Below are positions 1 to 10,185 of a stretch of 64,000 nucleotides of DNA, piece after piece; positions within the stretch are counted from its first letter, which is position 1, and every line of letters begins with the position of its first letter. The translations under genes were made by a program, and so were the position numbers. The notes below the pieces were generated by a model that did no database searches, was not told the DNA's origin, and saw nothing but the letters and a program-made list of their open reading frames with translations. Source of the stretch: Nitrospirota bacterium. Its GTDB lineage: Bacteria; Nitrospirota; UBA9217. The stretch is from assembly GCA_963737155.1 (NCBI GenBank), contig CAVTRN010000002.1, positions 2,464,001 to 2,528,000 on the forward strand. Direction: 5' to 3'.

Positions 1-724
1 AATAGAATGGATCGGGATTCACGACCGTGGTACCCGATACGATGCGCTTGATATAATCCTGTATGCCGTTATCATATTTGAAAGTAACCGGCTTCTCGCC
101 TTCGCGCAGGTTCTCGATCGTGATTCTGAGTCCCTTGTTCAGAAACGCCTTGCTCTCTGATACGGCGAGAATATCTTTATAATTGAAGCCTGTTTTCGAA
201 AATATTTCAGGGTCCGGCCGAAAATAAATCTGGGTTCCGTGTGCCCGCGTCGGTTTGCCTTTTTTGAGACTGCCCTTTGTTTTACCCCGGCTGAACTCCT
301 GGACCCACTCAAACCCGTCGCGCCATACCGTTGCGACAAAAACCTCGGACAGCGCGTTCACGACCGACGCACCTACGCCGTGCAGGCCGCCTGAGGATTT
401 ATACACCGCATGGTCAAACTTGCCGCCGGCATGAAGCGTGCACAGAATCGTCTCGATCGCTGGCCGTTTCGTTTTCGGATGAGTATCCACAGGAATGCCG
501 CGGCCGTTATCCACGACCGTCACCCCGCCATCCTTCTCGATCGTGAGTTTGATCTCCGTGCAATAGCCGTTCAAGGCCTCATCAACGGAGTTATCGAGTA
601 CTTCCCACACAAGGTGGTGAAGGCCGCGTACGTCCGTGGAACCGATATACATGGCTGGACGTTTACGGACTGGCTCCAGACCTTCGAGAACGGTGATGTC
701 TTTTGCAGTATAAGTAGCTGCCAA
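1..724 (-). CDS. parE: Type IIA topoisomerase B subunit (ParE-like/GyrB), N-terminal ATPase part; runs off window start
   Basis: Not in ORF track. Manual translation from TTG at 724 (SD AAGGAGG): MAATYTAKDITVLEGLEPVRKRPAMYIGST...EVLDNSVDEA...DNGRGIP...LHAGGKF...SGGLHGVGASVVNALS...AFLNKG. LEP and DNSVDE are more typical of ParE than GyrB. Confidence 0.85.
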   Translation of the reverse strand, partial: MAATYTAKDITVLEGLEPVRKRPAMYIGSTDVRGLHHLVWEVLDNSVDEALNGYCTEIKLTIEKDGGVTVVDNGRGIPVDTHPKTKRPAIETILCTLHAGGKFDHAVYKSSGGLHGVGASVVNALSEVFVATVWRDGFEWVQEFSRGKTKGSLKKGKPTRAHGTQIYFRPDPEIFSKTGFNYKDILAVSESKAFLNKGLRITIENLREGEKPVTFKYDNGIQDYIKRIVSGTTVVNPDPFY

Positions 725-1011
725 GTAAAAGCCTCCTTGTCAGATCGCAGATGTCAGACTATCGGAAAACAGATTAATTCGAAAGTCGCCAAGCAGTAAG
801 CAATCTTCTGTTATCGTTCATCCTATTCCGCCATCAGACTCACCGCGGCAGATTATAAATCAGGCTGAGGGATAAAGCAATATGAAGTTTCGGGGAAGAG
901 TCTCAAATGAAGGTGAGTGGAAGCAGACATTTTGAAAATAAAAATTTATCTTTGCGTCATTGTGGCTTCGTGTGTGGCTCGGCTTTCTGCGATTGCATTA
1001 TCTTTAGAGAC

Positions 1012-1043
1012 AAAAAAGGCCCCCCATCTACATGGAGGGCCTG
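1012..1043 (-). terminator. Rho-independent terminator after small lipoprotein gene
   Basis: Minus strand AGGCCCTCCAT-GTAG-ATGGGGGGCCT followed by TTTTT. Confidence 0.7.
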
Positions 1044-1063
1044 GCCTTTGTTCAGCCTGATCA

Positions 1064-1240
1064 TTAATGGGTCTCAGGCATTGCCGGAGCCGGAGCTGCT
1101 GTTGTGGTCATCGTCGAGGTTGGCGCTGCTGACATTGCAGGCTGTTCAGCCGGTTTCGGCTCCTCCTGCTTCTGACATCCCGCAAATGAGAAAGCCAGAG
1201 CAAATGCAAGAACCGCTATGATTACAGAGATCTTCTTCAT
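1064..1240 (-). CDS. Small Ala/Pro/Thr-rich lipoprotein (58 aa)
   Basis: MKKISVIIAVLAFALAFSFAGC signal peptide with lipobox, GGAGG SD, downstream terminator. Confidence 0.75.
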   Translation of the reverse strand: MKKISVIIAVLAFALAFSFAGCQKQEEPKPAEQPAMSAAPTSTMTTTAAPAPAMPETH

Positions 1241-1604
1241 AAATTCACCCCCTCCCTTTCCCGTCGTTAATAACTGCAACACGTTTACAGCAATATATAT
1301 GAATCGGATGAAAAACGCTTTGCAGCTTTGAGAACTTTAGATACATGACCCGATGTGGACTTGTTACCTGTAATGCTCTACCAAATTCTTCATTGAAACC
1401 TTCAAATTATATTACTTTTTTTTCAAAAAGCAAGTAAATTTAACGTTATATTATGAAATTGCGATTTATAAGCAAAAAATCAGAAATTGTAGTTATTCAA
1501 ACCTCGTTATTCGGTTTTGTGAAAATCCCTGCGGGCCCAACCTACGGAGATCTTCTGGTCATGAAGCACTTATTTCATGCGGACTTGGTAGAAAGAACCT
1601 TGAC

Positions 1605-2759
1605 CTATACGATTTCTTCCACCATCTTCCTGAAATGCCCGCAGTTTTCTACCAGGTCAGGACCGTGTTTAAACAGACCGCCGCCGATCAGGAAGATCAG
1701 GTCCTGTCCGTATGTTTCGAGCATCTCGGACACGCGGTCTAGGCTCATGCCGCCGCCGGGAGCGGGGAAAATGGATTTCAGGCTGCCCATGGGAAGAGCG
1801 GTTCCTCGCACGATATCGCTGCACTCCTTGCGGCTAAATGAGAATCGACCACCAAAATTTGGGAAAATCGTTGCGTCCGCACCCGCCAAGCGCGCCAACT
1901 GGCCGAAAATAACACCGTGGGAAATGCCGTTCCGGCTCGTGACAAAGCAACCCTGCAAAGCGGGGTGAGTAAATATCGGCAGCGCTATGCCGTCATCTTC
2001 GGCCAATTCTTTCATCAGATCCATACCTATTAATCCGGGGGCTGCCATAAGGCCGCCCGCTCCGGCACCCTTGGCAAATCTGGCCCTTTTCACTACTTCG
2101 CAGTGAGGAGCCGTGATATTCGCTATATAAATGGCATGGCTACCCGTTTCTCTGCCTGCCCGTTTGACAGCGGCGGCGCAGAGCTCGACTCGTTCCTCGA
2201 AGGGCGAACAGCTTTGATTGCTCAGACCGTGATCATCCTTGACGATGTCCATCCCCCCAAGGACGAAGCGATAGGCAAGGTCGGCAAGCTCCTGTGACGA
2301 AAGGCCCATAGGTTTGAGCGCTGTTGAGAGAATAGGCCTTCTTGGGATGTCCAGCAGCTGCCGGATTCCCTGACGGCCGAAGCGCGGCCCCTTGAATCCT
2401 CTGAGTAGCGCCTCTGGGAGGTCGAGATGTTCCACCCTAATGCCGGGCTTTATACTGCTATTCCCGAATACAACGTTCAGGAACTGGGTCAATTCGCCGG
2501 CAACGATCTCCACAGCATAGCTGATTATTGCGATAAAGCTTTCTTGATCAAACCGCTCAATGTGTTCAACACGGCCAAACACGTGGTCGCGAATGATGCC
2601 TTCCGGAACCTCATCTGCGGGAAATTCCACGGTCTGCTCGATGCAGATGGCCTCAGCCGCGGCACGAGATACTTTCTCGCTTCCGAAAAGACGGTAGGTG
2701 ACGAAGAATCGCTCACCGGAGAAACAGGATTGGGGAGTGCAGGTTTTTTGAATGATCAT
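1605..2759 (-). CDS. RuBisCO-like protein (form IV), resembling the R. rubrum DeepYkr methylthioribulose-1-P isomerase clade
   Basis: EQTVEFP, FGNSS, ALKPMGLS, GGMDIVKDDHG (KDDH rather than KDDE), IFPNFGGRF, PGGGM motifs. Confidence 0.88.
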   Translation of the reverse strand: MIIQKTCTPQSCFSGERFFVTYRLFGSEKVSRAAAEAICIEQTVEFPADEVPEGIIRDHVFGRVEHIERFDQESFIAIISYAVEIVAGELTQFLNVVFGNSSIKPGIRVEHLDLPEALLRGFKGPRFGRQGIRQLLDIPRRPILSTALKPMGLSSQELADLAYRFVLGGMDIVKDDHGLSNQSCSPFEERVELCAAAVKRAGRETGSHAIYIANITAPHCEVVKRARFAKGAGAGGLMAAPGLIGMDLMKELAEDDGIALPIFTHPALQGCFVTSRNGISHGVIFGQLARLAGADATIFPNFGGRFSFSRKECSDIVRGTALPMGSLKSIFPAPGGGMSLDRVSEMLETYGQDLIFLIGGGLFKHGPDLVENCGHFRKMVEEIV

Positions 2760-2815
2760 CGAACAACTTGGTTAGACAAAATATACAATGTCTTTCATTG
2801 GGTAATGTTTTCTGT

Positions 2816-3001
2816 TTAAGTTCCAGAGGGGACATCATTCCATAGCCCGGCCACTTCCCTAGGATGTTCGGGTTTTTCAAGGGCGTAGACCTTCCTGATC
2901 GCCGCCCGCACTAGCTTTGAAATGGGAACTGTTATTCCCCTGCTTAAACGTTTCAGTACTTGAAATACATGGTCTTCTATATAGAGTTGTGTCCCTTTCA
3001 T
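2816..3001 (-). CDS. CopG/ribbon-helix-helix (VapB-like) DNA-binding protein, orphan
   Basis: MKGTQLYIEDHVFQVL...ISKLVRAAIRK...AGLW pattern typical of RHH antitoxins; own promoter; no toxin gene follows. Confidence 0.6.
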   Translation of the reverse strand: MKGTQLYIEDHVFQVLKRLSRGITVPISKLVRAAIRKVYALEKPEHPREVAGLWNDVPSGT

Positions 3002-3028
3002 GCAACACCCCTGCGCTCCTTGACTTTA

Positions 3029-3057
3029 TGGATAACATACATCATACGCATTGTCAA
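3029..3057 (-). promoter_or_regulatory. sigma70-like promoter for RHH gene (and possibly RLP)
   Basis: Minus strand TTGACA-17 nt-TATCCA with TG upstream of the -10; TATG repeats in spacer. Confidence 0.45.
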
Positions 3058-3063
3058 TGACCT

Positions 3064-5049
3064 TTACAAAGCTTCAGCCTTTGCCACGCTGTGGACCGCT
3101 GTTATGTAAGCTTTAGTAAGCTCCTCTTCGGTAATTTCGAATTTCTGTCCGACCATTGTTTCCACTTCACCGACAAGCGACAACGCGTCCATGCGGTGTT
3201 CCTTTAATAGATACTGTTTGCTCGCACCATGGCTGAAGGTGTCCCGCAGACCAATGCGGACGAGCTTCTTCGCAATGCCCGCTTCAGCCATCTTTTCCGC
3301 TATGATGGTCCCCAGACCACCAACGATGGTATGGTTTTCCATGGTGATAACCCCGAAACGGGATCGGCCGATCGCATCGATCACCGACGCATCCGTAAAT
3401 GGTTTCAAAGTCGAAATATGCATATGCTGAATCGAGAGGCCCTGATTTTTCAGGAGTGGTGTCGCCCTCATAGCTTCCTCCGTCATTATCCCCGAGGTTA
3501 GTATCACAACGTCGTCCCCTTCGGAAAGAACACGTGCTTCTCCCAGCTTCATCGGGCAATCGAAGAGCCGCGGGATTTCGCCCCGAAGCATCCGGACATA
3601 CACAGGGCCATGAATCCCCTTGGTGAGGTCAAGAACAGTCTCCACTTCGGTTGCATCGCCGCACTCCAGTACAGTCATATTCGGTAACGAACGCATGACA
3701 GCAATGTCCTCTATTGCCTGGTGGGTGGCCCCTCCGGGCGTGGTAATGCCTGGGAGAAAACCGATCATCCGGACCGGCAAATTGGAATAGGCAATGGACA
3801 TGGCAATCTGGTCATAGGCGCGGCGATAAATGAAGACTGCAAAAGTGTGTACAAAAGGTATAAACCCCTCGCGTGCAAGGCCGGCGGCGAAACTCAGCAT
3901 ATTCTGCTCAGCTATGCCCATGGACAGGAAGCGATCGGGATATGTCTCGCGAAACAGATCGATTTCAGTTGAACTCGTGAGGTCAGCTGAAAGAACGAGC
4001 ACTTCTGGCTTATCACCAGCCCATTTGACGAGATTTTTCGCATGAACACGAGTCACGATTATGGAGTCCGTTGCTGGCCGTTCCGGATATTTTTCTTTTT
4101 TCTCCATCGATGACACAACCGTGCCAGTAAGTTTCACATAGGCGTTAATATAGTTCTTCTTTTCGTTATCACTCGTGAAACGGACATAGTGCATCTTTGG
4201 CGCCCGAGTCTTCAGTATGTCGATTCCCCTTGCAGCATCTGTGTCAGCAAGCACCACAACCGGACGGCCGTCAGGTGTGAGTGCCCCGGTTTCGGCAATA
4301 CGCTTTATATCATGACCATTTATCCGGAATACCCTCGCACCAAAGGATTCAATCCTCTTGTCGAGCGGCTCGATATCCATTACATTGCACATTTTCCCAT
4401 CGCATTGGAACCCGTTGATATCCACATATATAATCATGTTGTCCAACATGTAATAGGACATGGCCTGGAGCGCCTCCCAGGTCTGGCCTATTTGAAACTC
4501 GCCGTCTGACATGAAGACGAACACTCTGCCCCGTTCGCCCTTTCTCTTTCTGGCCATGGCTATACCTGCTGCCTGACTGATTCCCTGGCCCAGGGAGCCG
4601 GTCATGGTTTCCATGCCCGGAGAATGCTCGGCACCGATCATCTCGACCGAACTTCCGTCCTTATTGAACTGCGAAAGCCCCTCCTCCGCCATGCGCCCCG
4701 TTTCTATTAATGTCGCGTAAAGAACAAGTGCATACTGGGCTGGAGAAAGAAAGAAGCGATCAAAATTTCCACCCGATCCATTGAAAGAGGCTCCAGTGAA
4801 GTAACCCGGATTATCGGGACCGGGCACGCCTGAAAAAGGTTGCGGAACGAGGGGGGTTTTCATTTTGCCGAGGTTCATAATCCGAACATAGAGGGTTGCC
4901 AGTATCTCAGCGGACGAACATGCTTGGGAAAGATACCCCCCGTTGTTCCTGATTGTATGTTCAAGCACACGCCTCCTGATACCGGCTGCAACACGTTGCA
5001 CTTCATCCTGCCACATCGTGGAATCATCTTTACCATGCTTTGATTTCAT
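3064..5049 (-). CDS. Transketolase-family ThDP enzyme, fused N- and C-terminal subunits, atypical active site
   Basis: TGSLGQG, SDGE-X-N ThDP motif, GIAEQNM, GGATHQ, MENH; N-terminal GYLSQACS replaces the usual GH motif. Confidence 0.88.
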   Translation of the reverse strand: MKSKHGKDDSTMWQDEVQRVAAGIRRRVLEHTIRNNGGYLSQACSSAEILATLYVRIMNLGKMKTPLVPQPFSGVPGPDNPGYFTGASFNGSGGNFDRFFLSPAQYALVLYATLIETGRMAEEGLSQFNKDGSSVEMIGAEHSPGMETMTGSLGQGISQAAGIAMARKRKGERGRVFVFMSDGEFQIGQTWEALQAMSYYMLDNMIIYVDINGFQCDGKMCNVMDIEPLDKRIESFGARVFRINGHDIKRIAETGALTPDGRPVVVLADTDAARGIDILKTRAPKMHYVRFTSDNEKKNYINAYVKLTGTVVSSMEKKEKYPERPATDSIIVTRVHAKNLVKWAGDKPEVLVLSADLTSSTEIDLFRETYPDRFLSMGIAEQNMLSFAAGLAREGFIPFVHTFAVFIYRRAYDQIAMSIAYSNLPVRMIGFLPGITTPGGATHQAIEDIAVMRSLPNMTVLECGDATEVETVLDLTKGIHGPVYVRMLRGEIPRLFDCPMKLGEARVLSEGDDVVILTSGIMTEEAMRATPLLKNQGLSIQHMHISTLKPFTDASVIDAIGRSRFGVITMENHTIVGGLGTIIAEKMAEAGIAKKLVRIGLRDTFSHGASKQYLLKEHRMDALSLVGEVETMVGQKFEITEEELTKAYITAVHSVAKAEAL

Positions 5050-5295
5050 AACCAACCCATCTTCTCCTCAGTTGTGTATATATATAATGAGTGACCAGTA
5101 TGGTTTCCTCACCGGCCTCCGACTCAAGCTATTATTCTGGCTTGACCGAATTGACTGCGAAACATAAAAAAGAAGGCCTCGCATGAACAATCGTTCGCTT
5201 ATCCTTTCATTACAGTAAATCGTTTGTTTAATGGCGTTGATTATCACGCAAGGACTGTTAGGAGTCAAGACGAAATTAACTTACAGAAGCGGTGA

Positions 5296-5465
5296 TTGAC
5301 ATCCTCCCCGGATGTCCTAAATGACGAGTATTCTCGAATCAGGCTCTGCAGATTCTGTTAGCAGACGCAGCAGAGATATTTCCACATCCCAGGTTTATGG
5401 ACCGATGTAGCATATATAAAATAGTCTATACCGGACTGCTCGCAGCTTGAACGTTTGGTGTCAAC
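5296..5465 (-). mobile_element. Degenerate IS200/IS605 right end with decayed tnpB 3' end
   Basis: Minus strand ends ...CCGGGGAGGATGTCAA, as in IS605-type right ends; upstream frame RYRLFYIC...*TWDVEISLLRLLTE resembles the TnpB C-terminus. Confidence 0.45.
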
Positions 5466-5795
5466 TATTGACATCCAACCTTGGAATTCATGCTACAAAC
5501 GTGAATATTATATCGTTTAACAGGGCTAATTTCTGCAGGAAAGGATCGTTGGATAGATACTTAATTCCTAAGTCTGCGTGAAAGGCTTCCATTGGAATAA
5601 GTGGAGATATTACTGGATTCAGGAGAGGTCAAATCGTCATTCACTAAAATGATGATCACAATCGAAAATTTGACCCCTACCTGCTGCACCCGGGAGGACG
5701 GGGCAATTTCACGCCTCTACGCTGATAAAAAAATACGGGAAGGTGTGAGGATATAAATTTTACTTCCCCTCTTTTCCCGTTTGATTCTTCACACG

Positions 5796-7355
5796 CTACG
5801 CTGCTTTTTTTAGATTTGCTTCCATTACTCCTAGCGTGTTCTCATCATAGTCCTCTTGCCGAGTCTCATCTGGTAAACGCTTTATACCCATTGCATCAAA
5901 AATCATAGTCAGAATTACCGAGATGATAAGATTCACTGCTAAAGCATATACCCCCGCATACGCTGGGATTGTCATGCTACCCAAATGGAGCGTATAGATT
6001 GCCGACTTAAAACCGGATGTAGCCACCATTGCTGTTCCGGTGATCATGCCCGCAAACCAGCCTACAAGCAATGCACGATGGTGCAGCCAGCGGGTAAAAA
6101 GACCGAAGATGATCGCTGGAAAGGTCTCCACGATCCAGATGCCTCCCAGCAGCTGAAGCACGATAGCGTACTGGAGCGGCAGGAAAATTACAAAGGCAAG
6201 CGCTCCGAGCTTCACGACCAGCGACACGAGTTTTGCCACCTTGGCCTCCTGTTTTTGCGTTATGTCCGGACGAATGTATTCACGATAGATGTTCCGCGTA
6301 AACAGGTTGGCCGCTGCAATGGACATGATAGCCGCGGGCACGAGTGCCCCGATCACGATAGCAGCAAAACAGAACCCCGTGAACCACGGCGGAAACATTT
6401 TAAGAAACAGTTGGGGAACCGCCTCGTTTGGCGTCGCGGGATGGATGCCAGCTGCAAGAGCCATCAGTCCAAGAAGAGCAATCAACCCGAGAAGAAATGT
6501 ATATGCAGGCAATAGAGCCGCATTACGCTTGATGACGTTGCCGCTAGACGAACTGAGTATGCCCGTAATGGTATGCGGATATACAAAAGCGGCCAGCGCT
6601 GAACCGAAAGCAAGCGTCGCATATGCGCTATAACCGGCGGCTGGGAGGATAAGATGACCTGCGGTCGCTTTTGCTGCAAGCGCCTTATCAGCCAGCCTGA
6701 ATACTTCTGCATACCCACCCAGCGCCGCTGGTATCATCGTTACTGCAGCGATGACCATAAGATAGATCATAGAATCTTTGACCACCGCTATGAGCGCTGG
6801 CGCACGCAGACCACTCGTGTATGTATATAATGCAAGTATCACAAATGCGATGATAAGCGGGAGATCATTCATCCATCCGGCGCCCATTACACCCAGTGCT
6901 TTAATTACGACCTGAATACCTACCAGTTGCAACGCTATGTACGGCATAGTCGCCAGTATTCCGGTAAATGTAACAGCCAGCGCCAAACCGGGCGAACCGT
7001 AGCGTCCGCGCACAAAATCAGCAGGCGTCACAAAGCCATGCTGTTTGGCCACAGCCCACAGGCGCGGCATGGTGAGATAAACAATGGGATAGACTATGAT
7101 TGTATACGGCAGAGCAAAGAAACCCATGGCGCCTAGACCGAAGACAAGCGCAGGGACTGCAATTACCGTATACGCCGTGTAGAAATCGCCCCCGACAATG
7201 AACCATGTTACAAGAGTCCCAAACCGCCGACCTGCAAGTCCCCACTCTTCAATGCGGTTGAGATCCCCTCGCCTCCATCTCGCAGCAACAAAGCCAAGTA
7301 TAGTTACCAACAGGAAGAAAAATACAAATACACCTAATTCAGTCCAGTTAACCAT
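5796..7355 (-). CDS. Sodium:solute symporter, MctP-like monocarboxylate permease
   Basis: EWGLAGRRFG, GGDFYTAYT, TMPYIALQLVG, YTYTSGLRA, YPH; ~13 hydrophobic segments; paired with DUF3311-like gene. Confidence 0.88.
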   Translation of the reverse strand: MVNWTELGVFVFFFLLVTILGFVAARWRRGDLNRIEEWGLAGRRFGTLVTWFIVGGDFYTAYTVIAVPALVFGLGAMGFFALPYTIIVYPIVYLTMPRLWAVAKQHGFVTPADFVRGRYGSPGLALAVTFTGILATMPYIALQLVGIQVVIKALGVMGAGWMNDLPLIIAFVILALYTYTSGLRAPALIAVVKDSMIYLMVIAAVTMIPAALGGYAEVFRLADKALAAKATAGHLILPAAGYSAYATLAFGSALAAFVYPHTITGILSSSSGNVIKRNAALLPAYTFLLGLIALLGLMALAAGIHPATPNEAVPQLFLKMFPPWFTGFCFAAIVIGALVPAAIMSIAAANLFTRNIYREYIRPDITQKQEAKVAKLVSLVVKLGALAFVIFLPLQYAIVLQLLGGIWIVETFPAIIFGLFTRWLHHRALLVGWFAGMITGTAMVATSGFKSAIYTLHLGSMTIPAYAGVYALAVNLIISVILTMIFDAMGIKRLPDETRQEDYDENTLGVMEANLKKAA

Positions 7356-7359
7356 GGCA

Positions 7360-7638
7360 TTACCTCCTTCGCGTTGCGAGGTAGACGATACCGGTCAGAA
7401 GTGCGCTCACAATCACCCACACAAACTGGTACCAGTAAAAGAATGGAAAACCAAACAATACCGGATCAGTCTTTGCGTACAGAGGAGGCCACAAAAGCCC
7501 GAGAAAAGGCACAAATAAAAGCCAATTCCACGCCTTCCTAGAAGCCTTTTTTTGTGGGTTTTCTTTTGTTAAATGAGCTATCGGCCGAATGTGAGATGCT
7601 TCCGGCACGATATTAAGATGCCTAAAGAACCGTACCAT
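7360..7638 (-). CDS. DUF3311-like small membrane protein (SSS accessory subunit)
   Basis: WPPLYAKTDPVLFGFPFFYWYQFVW motif; SD AAGGAGG before ATG 7638; directly upstream of symporter. Confidence 0.8.
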   Translation of the reverse strand: MVRFFRHLNIVPEASHIRPIAHLTKENPQKKASRKAWNWLLFVPFLGLLWPPLYAKTDPVLFGFPFFYWYQFVWVIVSALLTGIVYLATRRR

Positions 7639-8677
7639 GTTTACCTCCTTCATTCCGCAAGGCAAACACCGCAACTCTTCAAAGGCCGAATATTTCAAAT
7701 AAGGCTAAATTGGTTCGATTTTACGAATTACGCTTTCCGCTCTCACGGCATTGCCTTGTGAAAATTTATCTTCCTCTAATTATTATTATAGCTCATAAAC
7801 AGGATTTATATTGTCTTGTTTAGTCTCCGCTAATAAATAATAAAAATCTCACCTGGTAAATCGATCTTTCTAAAATCCCCCCATACGTAACTTCTCCCTG
7901 CCAGATCAAGCAGACACACATCAGATCTTTTAAACAATCTAGACAAAGCATATTATTATTATCATTATTTCTATCAGTACCGTTTTTTTATAGTAGAAGC
8001 ACCGACGCGCATTCCCTCAGAAGGGAGGCGCAAATCTATCAGTCCATCATTGGAACTGCCATTCATCCTTCGAAAGACTCAGAGTAAATGAGAAGCCTAT
8101 ACAATTTTGTTATTTTATCGATGAAAATAGGCGATATGGCCAATAGAAACTGGCAGTTTTTTAGCAGAATTAGGGTTGGAAAATCGTCATTAACCAACAA
8201 ATGCTCTTCTTTTCTAACCAGAATAACGTGATAGCACAAATAGGAAAACAAGCGAAAGATTGTCCAACTGAGCATTGCGCATAAGAGTGAGCGGCCCAGG
8301 GCTTGAGCTTTACGGTCAGACCCATAATATCGTGGATCTCCTTCGACAATTCATACCGGATGATAAATCGCCAATGTCCGATGAGGGTGATCAAGGAGTC
8401 TCAGAACCGCCTTGTTCAAACCGTGGTATATGTTCGAAATACGACCTGATCTTCCTCCATTTCGAATGTCTTCCGGGTGTCCGCGTCCTCAATCCGCCGG
8501 CAGAAAGGGAGATGCCGTACGTTTGAAGCAGCGCAAGTTTGTGGCTCTCCAGATAGATGGCCTTTTTACACTATCAAAAACGTAGTCAGTGCTAAACATG
8601 ACGAAAACAGACCCAACGCGGTTACATGCCTTAAATTTCGCGGACCGTAATAAATCCAATGGAGGCCGCGCTCCCAC

Positions 8678-9244
8678 TCATTTCCCCTCCCACTTTTCGA
8701 AGAAACAAAATTCACGGACCGGCTTCCTCGCCGGACCATTCTTCTTTTCTTCAACTGGATAGCCGAGGGGAAAGAGGCCCACGATCCTGATTGTGGAGGG
8801 AATGCTCAGCAGGTTCTTCAGTTCATCCTCATCGTAGACACCTACGAACACGGTGCCCAAGCCCTGAGCCCGCGCAGCCAGCATCATGTTCTGAGCTGCA
8901 AGTCCAGCATCGACAAGATAGTAGTTCTGGTTCCAGAGCGAACCCGATTGTCCAGGATCGGCGCAGAGAACAATAACCACCGGCGCTTCTGTCAGGGCTT
9001 TCATAGAGGGGTTCGTTTTATAGCCTTTCATCGCAAAATATGATTCCACATACGACAGCGCACTGATCCTTTCCTTTGTCGCGTTGTCCTTAACAACTAC
9101 CAGACGCCAACACTGATAATTGGCCCACGATGGCGCCATGCGAACGGCTTCTAGCACTGCTTCAAGTTTTTCGTCCTCAACAGGCTTATTAGTAGCATAC
9201 TTACGGACGCTCCGCCGTGTTTTAATGGCTTCGAACAGGTCCAT
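8678..9244 (-). CDS. Nitroreductase family protein
   Basis: [42 protein letters not shown]. Confidence 0.92.
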   Translation of the reverse strand: MDLFEAIKTRRSVRKYATNKPVEDEKLEAVLEAVRMAPSWANYQCWRLVVVKDNATKERISALSYVESYFAMKGYKTNPSMKALTEAPVVIVLCADPGQSGSLWNQNYYLVDAGLAAQNMMLAARAQGLGTVFVGVYDEDELKNLLSIPSTIRIVGLFPLGYPVEEKKNGPARKPVREFCFFEKWEGK

Positions 9245-9333
9245 AAATCCTCCTTTTCAGGCCTCTTTCCCGGGACTTGAAAGCAGCCACCAGTCGTGCA
9301 CAGCATCGAGAAGGTGAGACAAACAATTCTGCA

Positions 9334-10185
9334 TCAGACCTTCGTCTGCTCTGTGCTGTCGTTAATCAATTTTTCTTCGGTCACGGTACACTGTTTGTCG
9401 GTAAAGTATAATTTGCTGCCCCGCTTGTGGTGCGCGCTCAAACTGAAGGTTCCCCTTCTGCCGTCAATGATCATCAATTCGACTTCCGGAGACCGACCCA
9501 ATCCTGCATCCGAAAAGTCATCCAGCGTAATCTCTGCTGCTTCAGGACGAGCCGCAAACAAAGCTACCCCGCGGGAGCAGGCATCCTGGATCTCATGCTT
9601 CGCCTTCAGGTCAAAGAAACGCTGCCGGCAGGAGACGAATTGAGGAATAGCGATCGCGGCCAAGACGCCAAGAATGGCTATTACCACGATCGGAACCAGG
9701 ACAACAGCCACGTTGTTTACGCCTCCAGCACGGGCCACAGCAGCCGTACGCTCCACCTCGGAAGCGGGCAGACTCTTTGCTTCGATCAATTTTTTCTTGG
9801 CGTGCCGGTAATAGATATAATTCGCAGACATGCCGAAAGCAATCATGACAAGAAACCCCAGATAGGGCACACACCCGAGAAAAAGTACCAAGAACGCCCA
9901 TCCGTAAAGCTTTCGGTACAGGGTCCACCAGAAGCTGAAGAAGAAGGCGGGCCAATGCCACGTCGCCGAGAAGGAATCCTCGCCGTTCCGTGAAAACTTA
10001 CGGAATTTGACAAGATATTTCCCGGCATTCTTCCCCACGAATAGGGCAAGATCTGCTTCTCGGACAGCAGGCGATGCATAGGGGTTTTGTAAATCTGCCT
10101 GCGCCGAAGACAATTTTGCCCCGCAGAATCGGCAAAAAGTTTCTCCCGCGTTCACTTCCTTCCCGCACTGCCTGCAATAGGGCAT
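9334..10185 (-). CDS. Zinc-ribbon + DUF2628-like membrane protein with C-terminal pilin-like domain
   Basis: CRQCG...FCRFCG; SATWHWPAFFFSFWWTLYRKLY; ILGVLAAIAIPQF pilin-type helix. Confidence 0.75.
   Translation of the reverse strand: MPYCRQCGKEVNAGETFCRFCGAKLSSAQADLQNPYASPAVREADLALFVGKNAGKYLVKFRKFSRNGEDSFSATWHWPAFFFSFWWTLYRKLYGWAFLVLFLGCVPYLGFLVMIAFGMSANYIYYRHAKKKLIEAKSLPASEVERTAAVARAGGVNNVAVVLVPIVVIAILGVLAAIAIPQFVSCRQRFFDLKAKHEIQDACSRGVALFAARPEAAEITLDDFSDAGLGRSPEVELMIIDGRRGTFSLSAHHKRGSKLYFTDKQCTVTEEKLINDSTEQTKV

Noticed and set aside
139-799. ORF-track ORFs 139..339, 331..546, 410..799
   Set aside because: Shadows of the parE/gyrB frame on the minus strand
1605-2759. CO2-fixing RuBisCO
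   Set aside because: KDDH motif, 384-aa length and no small subunit or PRK nearby indicate a form IV RLP
8063-8677. Short ORFs between DUF3311-like gene and nitroreductase
   Set aside because: No SD or recognisable motif; may be decayed coding DNA but cannot be assigned
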